64,000 nt of DNA from Xanthobacteraceae bacterium (GTDB lineage: Bacteria > Pseudomonadota > Alphaproteobacteria > Rhizobiales > Xanthobacteraceae): positions 1,323 through 65,322 of the forward strand of contig JAFAXD010000634.1 in the NCBI GenBank assembly GCA_019241285.1, written 5' to 3'. The position numbers and the translations under genes are program-made. Under the pieces are notes generated by a model. The model searched no databases. It was not told the DNA's origin and worked only from the letters and a program-made list of their open reading frames with translations. Of this stretch, positions 32,254 through 43,711 are shown piece by piece. The first letter of the stretch is position 1, and each line of letters begins with the position of its first letter.

Positions 32254-32303
32254 TTGCGGTCGAACTCGCCTCAAGGTAGTATCAACCCTGGGGGCGATAA
32301 GTA

Positions 32304-33842
32304 ATGGTCCAACGCGTCTCAACGGTCGCTTTTGAAGGCATCGACGCACGTGCGGTTGATGTGCAGGTGCAGGTCGCTGCTGGGATGCCGGCCTTCCATG
32401 TCGTCGGTCTACCCGACAAAGCGGTTTCCGAAGCGAGGGAGCGGGTACGCTCCGCCCTGATCGCATCCGGGCTTGCATTGCCAGCGCGTCGTATCACGGT
32501 GAACTTGGCTCCCGCCGATCTACCCAAAGAAGGTAGCCACTATGATCTGCCGATCGCGCTGGGATTGATGGCCGCCATCGGAGCGATCCCGTCAGATGCG
32601 TTGACCGGCTTTACGGTGCTCGGAGAGCTCGGCCTTGACGGCTCCGTCGCGCCGGTTGCGGGGGTCCTACCGGCGGCTATTGGGGCGAACGCGCGCTCTG
32701 AAGGATTGATCTGTGCGGCGGCATGTGGACCGGAGGCCGCATGGGCAAGTCCGGAAATGGAAATCATTGCGGCCACATCGTTGATTCAACTCGCCAATCA
32801 TTTCCGCGGCACGCAGGTCTTGGCCCGCCCTCAACCGAAAGTACGCGAGGTCGAGGCGAATCCGCTCGATCTCAAAGATATCAAGGGCCAGGAAAGCGCG
32901 AAGCGCGCGCTCGAAATCGCGGCCGCAGGCGGCCACAATCTCTTGCTCTGCGGCCCGCCCGGGGCTGGCAAATCGATGCTGGCGTCGCGGCTCCCATCGA
33001 TCTTGCCGCCGCTGACGCCGGCCGAGTTGTTGGAAGTGTCGATGATCGCATCCGTGGCTGGGGAAATTGCGGATGGAGCACTGACCAATCAACGCCCGTT
33101 TCGGGCGCCCCACCACTCGGCTAGTATGGCTGCGTTGGTAGGCGGAGGCCTTCGTGTCAAACCCGGCGAAGTTTCCCTCGCTCACCACGGGGTCTTGTTT
33201 TTAGACGAATTCCCCGAATTCGAACCGCGAGTCCTCGATTCATTGCGGCAGCCGCTGGAGATCGGTGAAGTTTCGATCGCGCGTGCAAACCACCGTATTA
33301 CCTATCCTGCCCGCTTCATGTTGATCGCTGCGATGAACCCTTGCCGCTGTGGGCATGCCGACGACCCTGGCTTCGCTTGCCGGCGGGGGGCGCCCGAGCG
33401 TTGCGCAGCGGATTATCAGGCACGCCTATCCGGCCCCCTGCTGGACCGCATCGATCTGACAGTCGAAATGCCATCGCTCTCCGCCGCCGATTTGATGCTG
33501 CCGCCACCCACCGAGGACAGCCGCACGGTCGCGGCCCGGGTTGCGAGAGCCCGCGAACGGCAAGGGCAGCGTTATGCCCAGCTTGGACTCACCGATGTAC
33601 GCTGCAACGCCCAGGCTCCCGCCACCGTGCTCGAGGAAGCCGCAAAGCCCGATCGCAGCGGCCTCGTCCTGTTGCGTGAGGCAGCCGATGCCATGCGGCT
33701 GTCGGCGCGGGGATATCATCGGGTCCTGCGCGTTGCCCGTACGCTCGCTGACCTCGAAGGCACCGAGACGGTCACCAGGCTGCATGTTGCTGAAGCGCTG
33801 TCCTACCGCTCCTTGGCCGAGGAGGCGAGAAGAGCAGCTTAG
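32304..33842 (+). CDS. comM: YifB/ComM family Mg-chelatase-like AAA+ ATPase
   Basis: Lon-protease-like N-domain, Walker A GPPGAGKS, and VLFLDEFPEF. Confidence 0.92.
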   Translation: MVQRVSTVAFEGIDARAVDVQVQVAAGMPAFHVVGLPDKAVSEARERVRSALIASGLALPARRITVNLAPADLPKEGSHYDLPIALGLMAAIGAIPSDALTGFTVLGELGLDGSVAPVAGVLPAAIGANARSEGLICAAACGPEAAWASPEMEIIAATSLIQLANHFRGTQVLARPQPKVREVEANPLDLKDIKGQESAKRALEIAAAGGHNLLLCGPPGAGKSMLASRLPSILPPLTPAELLEVSMIASVAGEIADGALTNQRPFRAPHHSASMAALVGGGLRVKPGEVSLAHHGVLFLDEFPEFEPRVLDSLRQPLEIGEVSIARANHRITYPARFMLIAAMNPCRCGHADDPGFACRRGAPERCAADYQARLSGPLLDRIDLTVEMPSLSAADLMLPPPTEDSRTVAARVARARERQGQRYAQLGLTDVRCNAQAPATVLEEAAKPDRSGLVLLREAADAMRLSARGYHRVLRVARTLADLEGTETVTRLHVAEALSYRSLAEEARRAA

Positions 33843-34136
33843 CGCGCACGCTGCGGTGCGGGATGCTCGTGCGGCGTGGTGTTGTTGAATAGAAACAGTT
33901 ATCGGCTTTTCTCGGTTAGTCGCGCTTCGCCGGCGAATCAAACGATGCACGGATCGCAAAGTGCGCTACAACACGATGTCACAAATCTGTGGCCGGCGCA
34001 TGCTCTAGACGCAGGACATGCGCAACCGGCTGATTCGCGCCCGAGGTTGCCGCTTCGAATGGGGGCTAGCGTGTTGAATCCGGTGCGGGCGAAACCCAAT
34101 GCGCTTATCAATCGATTTCGCGCTCCTTTGCAGGGC

Positions 34137-35006
34137 ATGCCATTCATGCCGGCGCTGCGCGCGTACAGCGGCCTGCGGCCGCGTGAGGCGATCTCACAGA
34201 CCGCACTAACCCTCGGCCGGCTCGGCTCGTTGGAAGTCCGGTTGGCGCGTTCGGCGGCAGACGTGCGTCGCGCGCAGAAGCTGCGCTATCGCGTATTCTA
34301 CAAAGAAATGTGTGCCGTCCCCGACGCTGGCAAAATGATTGCGCAACGGGATATCGATGCATTCGACGCATTCTGTGATCATGTGATTGTACTTGACCAC
34401 GCCTCACGTGGGCCGACCGGCAAGCCCGCGATTGTCGGCACCTACCGCCTGCTACGGCAGCAGATTGCTGAGCGGACTGGCGGGTTTTACAGCGCCGGTG
34501 AATTCGATATTGCGCCCTTGCTCACCAAGCATCGCGACATCAAGTTCCTCGAGCTTGGCCGATCCTGCGTTCTGCCGGCCTATCGCTCGAAGCGAACAGT
34601 CGAACTGCTGTGGCACGGGGTCTGGACCTATGTTCTACACCACGGCGTTGATGCAATGATCGGCTGCGCGAGCCTCGAGGGAACCAACCCCCGCGAACTC
34701 GCACTTCCACTCTCATTTCTACATCATTTTGCTCCTGCGCCAGAGCAATGGCATGTGCGCGCGCTTCCTCATCGGTACGTGGAAATGAATCGTATCAGCC
34801 GTGAGCACATCGACAAGAAAGCTGCAGTTCACGCCCTGCCCCCGTTGCTCAAAGGCTATCTACGGCTTGGCGCGTTTATCGGGGAAGGTGCCGTAATCGA
34901 TTATCAATTCGGCACGACCGACGTACTGGCAATCCTGCCCGTGTCTGCAATCAGCGCGCGCTACATGCAGTACTTCGGCCCGACCGCTCACCGACACGCA
35001 GCGTAA
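34137..35006 (+). CDS. GNAT-family acyltransferase, OlsB-like (lyso-ornithine lipid synthase family)
   Basis: LGSLEVRLARSAADVRRAQKLRYRVFYKEM...GTYRLL...ELGRSCV pattern of the OlsB/hemolysin-like family. The start is uncertain: ATG 34059, 34137 or 34146. The region upstream of 34059 has poor third-position GC. Confidence 0.7.
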   Translation: MPFMPALRAYSGLRPREAISQTALTLGRLGSLEVRLARSAADVRRAQKLRYRVFYKEMCAVPDAGKMIAQRDIDAFDAFCDHVIVLDHASRGPTGKPAIVGTYRLLRQQIAERTGGFYSAGEFDIAPLLTKHRDIKFLELGRSCVLPAYRSKRTVELLWHGVWTYVLHHGVDAMIGCASLEGTNPRELALPLSFLHHFAPAPEQWHVRALPHRYVEMNRISREHIDKKAAVHALPPLLKGYLRLGAFIGEGAVIDYQFGTTDVLAILPVSAISARYMQYFGPTAHRHAA

Positions 35007-35034
35007 ACCCAGCATCACCCCCACCGTCTTTAAT

Positions 35035-35988
35035 TCAGAGACGCCGAAGCGCGACTTCTTCAACCGAGTGACTTGCAACCTTCTTCAAGATCAGATCGGC
35101 TCTAGGTCGGGTAGGCAAAATATTCTCGTGTAGATTTACGAGGTTGATCCTAGTCCAGATCGCTGTTGCGGTGGCTATCGCCTCATCGTCGGAGAGCTGC
35201 GCGTAGCGGTGAAAGAAGGATTTCGGATCCTGGAACGCAGTCTGGCGCAATGCCAAGAACCGATCCACGTACCAACCGCGCAGAATGTCTTCATCGGCGT
35301 CGAGATAGACTGAAAAATCGAAGAAATCGGAAACAAAGGGGATCGCCTTGCCATCGCGTGGAAGCCCCCCGGTTTGTAAGACGTTGAGACCCTCGACGAT
35401 GAGGATTTCCGGCCGATCCACCTCAACCCATTGATTGGGGAGCACGTCGTAGACAAGGTGCGAGTAGACGGGCGCGCGGACGGGGTGGCGACCCGCTTTT
35501 ACATCGGCCAGGAAACGCAGGAGTGCGGGCAGGTCATAGCTTTCAGGAAACCCTTTCTTTTCCATCAGCCCTTCGCGTTCAAGTATGGCGTTGGGAAACA
35601 AGAATCCGTCAGTCGTGACGAGATCAACCTTGGGTACATGCGTCCAGCGCGCCAGAAGGGCCTGCAACACGCGGGCCGTCGTGGATTTTCCGACCGCGAC
35701 CGAACCAGCGACGCCAATGATGTATGGCATCTTGGCATCTTCCGTTCCGAGGAAGTGTTGCTGCGAGCGAAACAGTCGCTGGGTCGCGGTCACATAAAGC
35801 GACAACAGCCGCGAGAGGGGCAGATAAATTTCCTCGACCTCCGCCATATCGAGTCGATCGTTTAGCGAACGCAGCTTTGCGACCTCCCCCGCGGTCAATG
35901 TCATCGGAGTGTCCGCTCGCAAGGATGCCCATTCGGACCGTGGAAAGATCCGATACGGCGAGAGCTGGTCGTCGATGCGTTGTTCCAT
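35035..35988 (-). CDS. coaA: type I pantothenate kinase
   Basis: P-loop [17 protein letters not shown]. Start at ATG 35988. Confidence 0.93.
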   Translation of the reverse strand: MEQRIDDQLSPYRIFPRSEWASLRADTPMTLTAGEVAKLRSLNDRLDMAEVEEIYLPLSRLLSLYVTATQRLFRSQQHFLGTEDAKMPYIIGVAGSVAVGKSTTARVLQALLARWTHVPKVDLVTTDGFLFPNAILEREGLMEKKGFPESYDLPALLRFLADVKAGRHPVRAPVYSHLVYDVLPNQWVEVDRPEILIVEGLNVLQTGGLPRDGKAIPFVSDFFDFSVYLDADEDILRGWYVDRFLALRQTAFQDPKSFFHRYAQLSDDEAIATATAIWTRINLVNLHENILPTRPRADLILKKVASHSVEEVALRRL

Positions 35989-36010
35989 GGGATAACGTTG
36001 TTCGCGTGTT

Positions 36011-36334
36011 TCAGTCCGACTTGCGCGCGGCCTTTTCTTCAAGACCCGACTTGCTGACGCGTGTGGCCAGCGCGGCTTCGACTTCCGTCCACGAAATGTC
36101 CCGGGCTTTGAGCAGCACCAGCAGATGGTAGATGAGATCGGCGCTTTCGGCGATCATCCGTTCTCGGCTTTCCGTGGTCGCGGCCAATATGGTTTCCACC
36201 GCCTCCTCGCCCAATTTCTTGGCGCAGTGGCTCACACCACGGTCGAGAAGCTTGCGGGTGTATGACACGTCCGGGCTTGCGGCCGCACGGTCGCTCACGC
36301 GCTTCTCAAGATCATGCACCGTGAACGTGCCCAT
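36011..36334 (-). CDS. hisE: phosphoribosyl-ATP diphosphatase
   Basis: [10 protein letters not shown]...KKLGEEAVE...[13 protein letters not shown]. Start at ATG 36334. Confidence 0.9.
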   Translation of the reverse strand: MGTFTVHDLEKRVSDRAAASPDVSYTRKLLDRGVSHCAKKLGEEAVETILAATTESRERMIAESADLIYHLLVLLKARDISWTEVEAALATRVSKSGLEEKAARKSD

Positions 36335-36398
36335 GGGCCTCCCATAGCACCTCTGCGCAGTCCGGGGGAGTAGTTCGCCGTAAGAGGCGGCATGCCGG

Positions 36399-37172
36399 CT
36401 AGTCAAGGCGCATGGCCAGCCCCGCGCGGGCCATATGCTCCTTGGCTTGACGGATCGTGAATTCGCCGAAGTGAAAGATCGAAGCAGCCAGTACAGCGGT
36501 AGCGTGGCCGTCCCGAACGCCGGCAACGAGGTGATCGAGAGTCCCCGCTCCGCCGGAAGCGATCACGGGCACGCGGACAGCGTCCGATACCGCCCGCGTC
36601 AGGCCGACATCGAATCCGGCACGCGTGCCGTCGCGGTCCATGGACGTGAGCAGGATTTCACCCGCCCCCAGCCCCGTTACCTCCTGGGCGTACTCGATAG
36701 CGTCGATGCCAGTCGGATTACGTCCGCCATGCGTAAAAATTTCCCATCGGTCAGGCTGTCCCGGCGGGGACACCTTCTTGGCATCAATGGCGACGACGAT
36801 ACACTGGTCGCCGAATTTTTCGGCCGCCTCTTTCACCAAATTCCTGTTGTCGACGGCAGCGGTATTGATGGAAACCTTGTCGGCCCCCGATCTGAGTAAC
36901 ACGCGGATATCGTCCGTGGTGCGAACACCGCCCCCAACCGTTAAAGGCATGAAGCAGGTTTCAGCCGTCCGCGCCACTACGTCGAGCATGATGCTTCGCC
37001 GTTCATGGCTCGCCGTAATGTCGAGAAAACAAAGCTCGTCTGCACCAGCCGCATCGTAGGCAACCGCAGCTTCCACAGGATCGCCAGCATCCCGTAGGTC
37101 GACAAATTTGATGCCTTTGACGACTCGACCATCTTTCACGTCGAGGCATGGGATGACACGGACTTTGAACAT
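36399..37172 (-). CDS. hisF: imidazole glycerol phosphate synthase cyclase subunit
   Basis: [16 protein letters not shown]... is a canonical HisF. Confidence 0.97.
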   Translation of the reverse strand: MFKVRVIPCLDVKDGRVVKGIKFVDLRDAGDPVEAAVAYDAAGADELCFLDITASHERRSIMLDVVARTAETCFMPLTVGGGVRTTDDIRVLLRSGADKVSINTAAVDNRNLVKEAAEKFGDQCIVVAIDAKKVSPPGQPDRWEIFTHGGRNPTGIDAIEYAQEVTGLGAGEILLTSMDRDGTRAGFDVGLTRAVSDAVRVPVIASGGAGTLDHLVAGVRDGHATAVLAASIFHFGEFTIRQAKEHMARAGLAMRLD

Positions 37173-37219
37173 TGGAGCGTGTTGCGCTGTTAACCTTGCA
37201 TGACCGACCGCGGCCTTCG

Positions 37220-37966
37220 CTACGACACGCGTTCGGATCGGATGAGGCGCAGCGCTTCGGCCGCATCAAGTCGTCCATCATAGAGCGCTCGACCAGCGAT
37301 TGCACCGGCTAGCCGGCTAGCCCGCGGCTCCAAGAGGGCACGTACATCCTCCATGGAGGCCAGTCCACCTGACGCGATCACGGGGATCGAGATCTCGTTT
37401 GCGAGTGAAATCGTAGCATCCAGATTAAGGCCCTTAAGCATGCCGTCACGGCTGACATCGGTATAGATGATCGCCGCCACGCCGGCATTTTCGAACCGCA
37501 ACGCGAGTTCGCGTGCGCTTAGCTCTGCGGTTGCCGCCCAGCCTTCCACAGCGACTTTGCCGTCGCGAGCGTCCAGGCCAACGGCGATACGCCCGGGAAA
37601 CCGGCGGGCTGCTTCTTTGACAAGCTCCGGATTGCGAACCGCCGCCGTCCCGATAATGACCCGGTTGACCCCCTTCTCAAGCCAAGCCTCGATCGTGGTT
37701 ATGTCGCGAATGCCACCGCCCAATTGGACCGGACAAGCGACCGTTTCCAGAATACGATCGACGGCAGCTTGATTTACCGGTTTTCCGGCGAATGCACCGT
37801 CGAGATCGACGACGTGCAAGTACTCAAACCCCTGCGTCTCGAAGGCATGGGCCTGCCAAGCAGGATCGCGATGGAACACGACCGCACGTGCCATATCGCC
37901 CTGTTCAAGTCGAACGGCGACGCCATCCTTGATGTCAATGGCCGGGAATAGGATCACGGCGCCCAC
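37220..37966 (-). CDS. hisA: 1-(5-phosphoribosyl)-5-[(5-phosphoribosylamino)methylideneamino]imidazole-4-carboxamide isomerase
   Basis: [16 protein letters not shown]..., a (beta/alpha)8 HisA pattern. Confidence 0.95.
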   Translation of the reverse strand: MGAVILFPAIDIKDGVAVRLEQGDMARAVVFHRDPAWQAHAFETQGFEYLHVVDLDGAFAGKPVNQAAVDRILETVACPVQLGGGIRDITTIEAWLEKGVNRVIIGTAAVRNPELVKEAARRFPGRIAVGLDARDGKVAVEGWAATAELSARELALRFENAGVAAIIYTDVSRDGMLKGLNLDATISLANEISIPVIASGGLASMEDVRALLEPRASRLAGAIAGRALYDGRLDAAEALRLIRSERVS

Positions 37967-38604
37967 TGCAAGAAGTTCGCGATCAGCGCCAACCCTAACT
38001 TTTGGCTCTTTTCGGGATGGAACTGGGTGCCGGCGAAGCTGTCGCGCCCGACCATCGCGGTGAGGGGACCGCCATAGTCAGCAACGGCAATCACATCGCC
38101 CGGATCGGCTGCATTGAGGTGATAGCTGTGCACGAAATAGGCATGCAGCCCCTCAGGGCCGATCGTGATCCCATCGAGCAGGGGATGCGCTTTTGACCCG
38201 TTCAGCGTGTTCCACCCCATATGAGGGATCCTCAGAGTCGGATCGCTTGGAGCGATGCGATCCACCTCACCCGAGATCCAACCCAGGCCAGGCGTAACTT
38301 CATATTCGCGTCCCCGCTCCGCCATAAGCTGCATGCCCACGCAGATGCCGAGGAACGGGCGACCTCGAGTGCGTACGGTCTCATTCAAGGCCTCAACCAT
38401 TCCGGGGAGCGCGTTGAGCCCCCGCCGGCAGTCGGCGAATGCCCCGACCCCAGGCAGGACGATGCGATCCGCCCTGCGAACTGTGTCCGGATCGCTGGTC
38501 ACGGCAATCGGTTGTACGTGCTTGCTGGTGCGCGCAGCGCGTTCAAATGCTTTCGACGCCGAATGAAGATTGCCTGAGCCATAATCGATAATTGCAACGG
38601 TCAC
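37954..38604 (-). CDS. hisH: imidazole glycerol phosphate synthase glutaminase subunit
   Basis: [13 protein letters not shown] and GICVGMQ catalytic Cys motif. Confidence 0.95.
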   Translation of the reverse strand: MTVAIIDYGSGNLHSASKAFERAARTSKHVQPIAVTSDPDTVRRADRIVLPGVGAFADCRRGLNALPGMVEALNETVRTRGRPFLGICVGMQLMAERGREYEVTPGLGWISGEVDRIAPSDPTLRIPHMGWNTLNGSKAHPLLDGITIGPEGLHAYFVHSYHLNAADPGDVIAVADYGGPLTAMVGRDSFAGTQFHPEKSQKLGLALIANFLQWAP

Positions 38605-39092
38605 CGGCTCCCCCGCGGTTCGGGAAAGAGACCGATCACATCCGTGCCTCCCTGGCTTCGATCGAGCATGGCGATGCGGCCGGCTACCGATGTGCCGAAA
38701 TCAAGCGGATCCTGCTCGTGCAGCTCATCAAAAAATCGCCTCTCTGCGGCCTCAAGCTCATCGGCGACTACAATCCCGATTTCGCGCCAACCACGTCGCT
38801 TAAGCGTCCAACACTGCAGGGTGGATGCCTCCAAGCCGATCAGCAGGGCGAACAGAAGAAAAACGAGCGAAGCCGTTCCGGACGGCACGCCCAAGAGGCG
38901 TATGGCCGCACCAAGCCCAAAAAGGACCACCAACCACAAGATTAAAACGAGCACGAGGCGGTGAAATAGCATCCAGATCGGGCCCAAGATAAAGGCCGGC
39001 CAGGAAAAGCCATCGCGAACAAATCGGAATCTCTCGGCCCCAGCGGCTCCGGGATCGAAGGGCGGCGGTGCAAATACCGAATATGCTGCCAT
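38601..39092 (-). CDS. DUF2628 domain membrane protein
   Basis: [22 protein letters not shown] motif and two TM helices. It sits between hisB and hisH, with a 4-nt overlap with hisH. Confidence 0.65.
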   Translation of the reverse strand: MAAYSVFAPPPFDPGAAGAERFRFVRDGFSWPAFILGPIWMLFHRLVLVLILWLVVLFGLGAAIRLLGVPSGTASLVFLLFALLIGLEASTLQCWTLKRRGWREIGIVVADELEAAERRFFDELHEQDPLDFGTSVAGRIAMLDRSQGGTDVIGLFPEPRGSR

Positions 39093-39119
39093 GATGGCTC
39101 AACCCTTTCGCAAAGGCAC

Positions 39120-39707
39120 CTATAGGAGGCCTTTCGTGGAAGGCACCTCGCCGGCTGCCCGAGCATCAATTGACACAGCACCCCGCAAGGCGCGCGCCAA
39201 GCCCTTGAAACAGGATTCCGCCACGTGATGATCGTTAGCCCCGTAGAGCGTCTCAACGTGCAACGTGATCCCGGCGTTCATGGCAAAGGCTTGAAACCAC
39301 TCACGAACCAGTTGCGTATCAAAGGTGCCCACCTTGCCGTGCGCGAACTGCGCCTTGAACACAAGGAATGGACGACCCGAGATGTCGATCGCGACACGGG
39401 TAAGGGCCTCGTCCATCGGCACGTGGACATCGCAATAGCGCGCGATGCCCCGCATATCCCCGAGTGCTTGTTTGAAAGCCTGGCCAAGTGCAATCCCGCA
39501 ATCCTCGGTCGTGTGGTGTTGGTCGATGTGCAGGTCTCCCTGCGCCCGGATCTTCACATCGACGCGCGAATGACGCGCCAGCAGATCGAGCATGTGGTCC
39601 AGGAAGCCGATGCCGGTGGCAATCGCCGATGCCCCGGTCCCGTCGAGATCGATCGCGACCTCGATATCCGTTTCGTTAGTCTTGCGCTTGACCGTTGCGG
39701 CGCGCAT
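39120..39707 (-). CDS. hisB: imidazoleglycerol-phosphate dehydratase
   Basis: [10 protein letters not shown]..., [19 protein letters not shown]. Confidence 0.95.
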   Translation of the reverse strand: MRAATVKRKTNETDIEVAIDLDGTGASAIATGIGFLDHMLDLLARHSRVDVKIRAQGDLHIDQHHTTEDCGIALGQAFKQALGDMRGIARYCDVHVPMDEALTRVAIDISGRPFLVFKAQFAHGKVGTFDTQLVREWFQAFAMNAGITLHVETLYGANDHHVAESCFKGLARALRGAVSIDARAAGEVPSTKGLL

Positions 39708-39834
39708 GGGTGCCTCAAATCGCTATCCAGTGAGAAGTGGATGGCCCGTCTGTCGGGCTGGACTTCACAACCCAGCAACCCCGATCGGACGCGGGGCCTT
39801 TTATCAGGCCGCTCAGGCCTCCGCTACCGCGGCA

Positions 39835-39863
39835 ATTGCATCGAACCGAACGCACTCCTAAAT
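39835..39863 (+). promoter_or_regulatory. candidate sigma32-type promoter for hslVU
   Basis: aTTG-N18-CCTAAAT, with one mismatch in each element against CTTG-N17/18-CCTATAT, located 23 nt upstream of the hslV ATG. Confidence 0.3.
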
Positions 39864-39885
39864 GAGGCGCTCGAGGTTTCGCGCA

Positions 39886-40437
39886 ATGCAACCACCAAAC
39901 CCCGCCGCTTGGCACGGCACCACGATCCTGAGCGTACGTAAGGACGGCACGGTCGTTATCGGCGGTGACGGGCAAGTGTCGATTGGGCAAACGGTTGTCA
40001 AAGCCAACGCGCGGAAGGTCCGCCGACTTGCAAAGGGCGACGTCATCGCCGGGTTCGCAGGGGCAACGGCCGACGCCTTTACGCTCTTCGAGCGGCTCGA
40101 GGCCAAGCTTGAGCAATATCCTGGTCAACTGATGCGTGCCGCCGTCGAGCTCGCCAAGGACTGGCGCACGGATCGATACTTGCGCCGGCTCGAGGCGATG
40201 ATGATCGTGGCCGACAAAGGCGTTTCACTGGTGCTCACCGGAACAGGGGACGTTTTGGAACCAGACGCAGGCGTTATGGGAATTGGTTCGGGTGGCAACT
40301 ACGCTCTGGCGGCGGCGCGTGCCCTGATGGACAGCCCATTGGAAGCGGAGGCAATCGTTCGCAAGTCCATGGAGATCGCCGCCGATATCTGCGTCTACAC
40401 CAATCGCAACGTGACGATCGAAACGTTGAAGACGTGA
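39886..40437 (+). CDS. hslV: ATP-dependent protease subunit HslV
   Basis: [13 protein letters not shown]...GDGQVS with active-site Thr. Start at ATG 39886 after GAGG. Confidence 0.95.
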   Translation: MQPPNPAAWHGTTILSVRKDGTVVIGGDGQVSIGQTVVKANARKVRRLAKGDVIAGFAGATADAFTLFERLEAKLEQYPGQLMRAAVELAKDWRTDRYLRRLEAMMIVADKGVSLVLTGTGDVLEPDAGVMGIGSGGNYALAAARALMDSPLEAEAIVRKSMEIAADICVYTNRNVTIETLKT

Positions 40438-40447
40438 TACGCTTGCG

Positions 40448-41752
40448 ATGAATGATTTTTCCCCCCGCGAAATCGTCTCCGAACTGGACCGCTTCATTAT
40501 CGGCCAAGCCGATGCCAAGCGGGCCGTTGCAATAGCCCTGCGCAATCGTTGGCGGCGGCTGCAGCTCGACGAGAAGCTGCGCGAAGAGGTGATGCCGAAG
40601 AATATTTTGATGATCGGGCCAACCGGTGTCGGCAAGACTGAGATTTCGCGCAGGCTTGCCCGCCTCGCCGGCGCTCCTTTCCTCAAGGTGGAGGCGACCA
40701 AATTCACTGAAGTCGGGTACGTCGGACGCGATGTCGAGCAGATTGTGCGCGATCTCGTTGAAGCCGCGATCACGCAAACACGTGAACGAAAACGCAAAGA
40801 TGTTTCGGCCCGCGCGCATCTCGCCGCGGAAGAACGCGTACTCGATGCTCTGGTTGGCGCCCACGCCAGCGCTCCGACCAAAGAGGCGTTTCGCAAAAAG
40901 CTGCGCGCGGGCGAGCTCGACGACAAGGAAATCGAGATCGAGGTGCAAGCAAGCGGGGGCATGCCGTTATTTGAGATACCCGGCATGCCTGGTGCACAAA
41001 TGGGGGCAATCTCGATCGGCGATATTTTTGGCAAGCTTGGCGGTGGGCGCACCAAGACGCGCCGCGTAACAGTTCACGAGTCGCATCAGCTGCTGGTGAA
41101 CGAAGAGTCCGACAAGTTGCTTGATCAGGATCAGCTCGTCCAAGAAGCAATCCACGCCGTTGAGAACAACGGGATCGTATTTCTTGATGAAGTGGACAAG
41201 ATTTGTGCCCGCGACGGTCGGCAGGGCGCGGATGTCTCTCGCGAGGGGGTGCAGCGCGATCTACTTCCTCTCATCGAGGGCACGACTGTCTCGACGAAGC
41301 ATGGCTCCGTGAAAACGGATCACATCCTCTTCATCGCATCCGGAGCCTTTCACATCTCCAAACCCTCCGACTTGCTGCCCGAGCTGCAGGGTCGACTGCC
41401 AATCCGCGTCGAGCTCCAGCCGCTCACGCGTGACGACTTCAGGCGAATCCTCACCGAAACGGAAGCTTCGCTCATCAAACAATACGTGGCTCTTCTCGCA
41501 ACCGAAGGCGTCACCCTCGAATTCACGCCTGATGCAGTGGACGCCCTGGCTGACATGGCCGTTGCCGTGAATGCGAGCCTTGAGAATATCGGGGCACGCC
41601 GACTGCAGACCGTGATGGAACGTGTGTTGGACGAGATTTCATTCGCAGCCCCGGATCGTACGGGTGAGACGATCAAGATCGATGGCGCCTATGTGCGAGA
41701 CCGCGTCGCGGACCTCGCCAAAAATGCGGATTTAAGCCGGTTTATTCTGTAA
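40448..41752 (+). CDS. hslU: ATP-dependent protease ATPase subunit HslU
   Basis: Walker [16 protein letters not shown]; 434 aa. Confidence 0.97.
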   Translation: MNDFSPREIVSELDRFIIGQADAKRAVAIALRNRWRRLQLDEKLREEVMPKNILMIGPTGVGKTEISRRLARLAGAPFLKVEATKFTEVGYVGRDVEQIVRDLVEAAITQTRERKRKDVSARAHLAAEERVLDALVGAHASAPTKEAFRKKLRAGELDDKEIEIEVQASGGMPLFEIPGMPGAQMGAISIGDIFGKLGGGRTKTRRVTVHESHQLLVNEESDKLLDQDQLVQEAIHAVENNGIVFLDEVDKICARDGRQGADVSREGVQRDLLPLIEGTTVSTKHGSVKTDHILFIASGAFHISKPSDLLPELQGRLPIRVELQPLTRDDFRRILTETEASLIKQYVALLATEGVTLEFTPDAVDALADMAVAVNASLENIGARRLQTVMERVLDEISFAAPDRTGETIKIDGAYVRDRVADLAKNADLSRFIL

Positions 41753-42323
41753 GTCTCTGCCGCTTACGACGCACACGTACATAAAGCGCGCCGGCACCGC
41801 CGTGGCCCATGTGGGCCGTGTCAAACCCGACCACCAGATCGCGCAAATCGGGAGCTTCAAGCCATAAAGGCACCTGGCGGCGTAGAATTCCTTGTTCCTG
41901 GTCGCGCCCCTTACCGGTGATGACGAGCACATACCGGTGTCCCGCCGCCTGGGCATCAAGCAGGAACTTGCGCAAGGCGCGGTGCGCCTGCGCCTGGGTT
42001 CGCCCATGCAGGTCAATACGTGCATCAATCGCATTATGCCCTCGCGCGAGCTTCTGTCGGGCTTTGCGATCAATGGGAGCCAGTGGTGGCGGCAACGGAT
42101 ATGAGCGCGAATGAGGATCGTGCGCGGGGACCGCGGCGGATGCATTCGCGTCGTGGCTGGACGGTGCTGTGTGCGTATCCGCCGCCTCAGCTGGACGCTG
42201 CACCAATACGGCACGCGTCAGCGGCCTGACTTGGCGCGCAACGCTCCCCCACAGCTTCCGCTCCTCTGGCGTGAGGCTGCGAATGCGACCATGTGCAGAA
42301 CGGTTTCTACCGGTCATCGCCAC
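41742..42323 (-). CDS. Smr/MutS2-type small domain protein
   Basis: C-terminal Smr motif [15 protein letters not shown]...VLVITGKG. Confidence 0.8.
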   Translation of the reverse strand: MAMTGRNRSAHGRIRSLTPEERKLWGSVARQVRPLTRAVLVQRPAEAADTHTAPSSHDANASAAVPAHDPHSRSYPLPPPLAPIDRKARQKLARGHNAIDARIDLHGRTQAQAHRALRKFLLDAQAAGHRYVLVITGKGRDQEQGILRRQVPLWLEAPDLRDLVVGFDTAHMGHGGAGALYVRVRRKRQRLTE

Positions 42324-43696
42324 CGTGCCTGAATAGGCCGAAAAAGCCGCATCCGCGGAGGCGGCTTCTTGTCAAGCCGATCCTGAGCAATCGGGCGCGG
42401 GCGCGGCGGTGGGAGGGGCATCGCGCCGCCGGCAATCACAGGATCGAGACTGCGGGGCACCAGCAAGGTAAATTCAGCCGGATGGCGCAATCGGCCCGCG
42501 ATTTTTCCCGCTTCGTCCCCTGCACCGAAAAAAACGTCCGCCCGGGCCGGTCCAGTGATCGCGGAACCCGTATCCTGCGCAATCATCAGGCGATGGAAGG
42601 CGGTATTTCCCCCTGACTGGCTCAATGGCAAAGCAGCCTGGATAAAGAAGGGCGTCCCGTAAACATGTAGGGCATTGTCCACGGCGATTGACCGTCCGGG
42701 AATAAGCGGAAGACCTTGCGCCCCCCTCGCCTCCTCGTTGCCTGATAACCCTATGATGCGGAAGAATACATACGACCTGTTTTCATCGCGCAGCGCCTTT
42801 GCCTCATCCGGGTGGGCATTCATCCAAGCCCGGATACGTTCCATGCTCATCTGCTCGCGTGGTACTTCGCCGCGCTCGATCAGCACCCGTCCGACAGCCG
42901 TGTAGGGTTGGCCATTGTACCCGTCGTAGTTGATCCGAACCGTCGTCCCGTCTTCGAGCCGTACCCGAGCGGATCCTTGAATCTGAATGAAAAGAAGGTC
43001 GGTTGGGTCACCGATCCAACAGATTTCCAGGTGTTGACCATCCAGTGCGCCATCTTCGATCTCGGCACGGGTGTAGTACGGCACCAATGAGCCGTCCGAC
43101 CGGCGGCGGGTTGCGCCGCCGGAGTTGGGAAATTTCTGCGGGGATCTATCTCCAGAGGCTGTTAGCAAATCACTGGGTCTTCGATAGATCGGGACCCTAA
43201 ATTCGCGCGTGGGGAAGCGCGAACCCTCGACGGTCGGCTCATAGTAGCCCGTGAGAAATCCGGCTCGGTCACCGAGTTTGGTAATCCGCAGCGGCCGAAA
43301 GTTCTCTTCGAAGAATGCCCTGGCATCCCGTGAAGGCCCATGCAGTGCCTTACGGCAAGTATCTGCAAGAGCTGCCAAAATGGGACGCGCATCCGTGCTC
43401 GATCGCGCGCGCCCAATAACGGCACGGCAACTAGCCGCAAACGTGGCGAATGCGTCGGTGTGATTATCGTCCCGCCACCCCTCAAGATCACTCCAGGCTA
43501 CCGGTTCAAGTGCAGTATCGGGAAACCAAAGAGGACCTGGTTGCCTCGAAGAAGGCGCCGGCCCAAGCTGGTTGAACCGTGGCGCGGACTGATGCGGGGG
43601 TGCCACGACATGCCCCGATGTGAGCCCTGCCGCTCCCGCAACGGTGGTCAAAGTGAGAAGCAGCGGCAGCGAACAAGTCAATGCACGGGAGGGCAT
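42314..43696 (-). CDS. mltA: murein transglycosylase A
   Basis: Signal peptide, an MltA-specific domain and a 3D domain (...GQPYTAVGRVL..., ...IAQDTGSAITGPARADVFFG). Confidence 0.85.
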   Translation of the reverse strand: MPSRALTCSLPLLLTLTTVAGAAGLTSGHVVAPPHQSAPRFNQLGPAPSSRQPGPLWFPDTALEPVAWSDLEGWRDDNHTDAFATFAASCRAVIGRARSSTDARPILAALADTCRKALHGPSRDARAFFEENFRPLRITKLGDRAGFLTGYYEPTVEGSRFPTREFRVPIYRRPSDLLTASGDRSPQKFPNSGGATRRRSDGSLVPYYTRAEIEDGALDGQHLEICWIGDPTDLLFIQIQGSARVRLEDGTTVRINYDGYNGQPYTAVGRVLIERGEVPREQMSMERIRAWMNAHPDEAKALRDENRSYVFFRIIGLSGNEEARGAQGLPLIPGRSIAVDNALHVYGTPFFIQAALPLSQSGGNTAFHRLMIAQDTGSAITGPARADVFFGAGDEAGKIAGRLRHPAEFTLLVPRSLDPVIAGGAMPLPPPRPRPIAQDRLDKKPPPRMRLFRPIQARWR

Positions 43697-43711
43697 GCCG
43701 TTCGCGCGTAA

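Noticed and set aside
33876-34136. 87-codon N-terminal extension of the OlsB-like ORF
   Set aside because: The first ~60 codons have AT-rich third positions (aat aga aac agt tat...), unlike the rest of the gene. Homologues as I recall them start about 20-25 aa before the LGxxGSLExRLA motif.
40225-41055. 276-aa and 224-aa minus-strand ORFs inside hslU
   Set aside because: They are antisense to a canonical HslU with Ser/Arg/Ala-rich translations and no motifs. I treat them as shadow ORFs.
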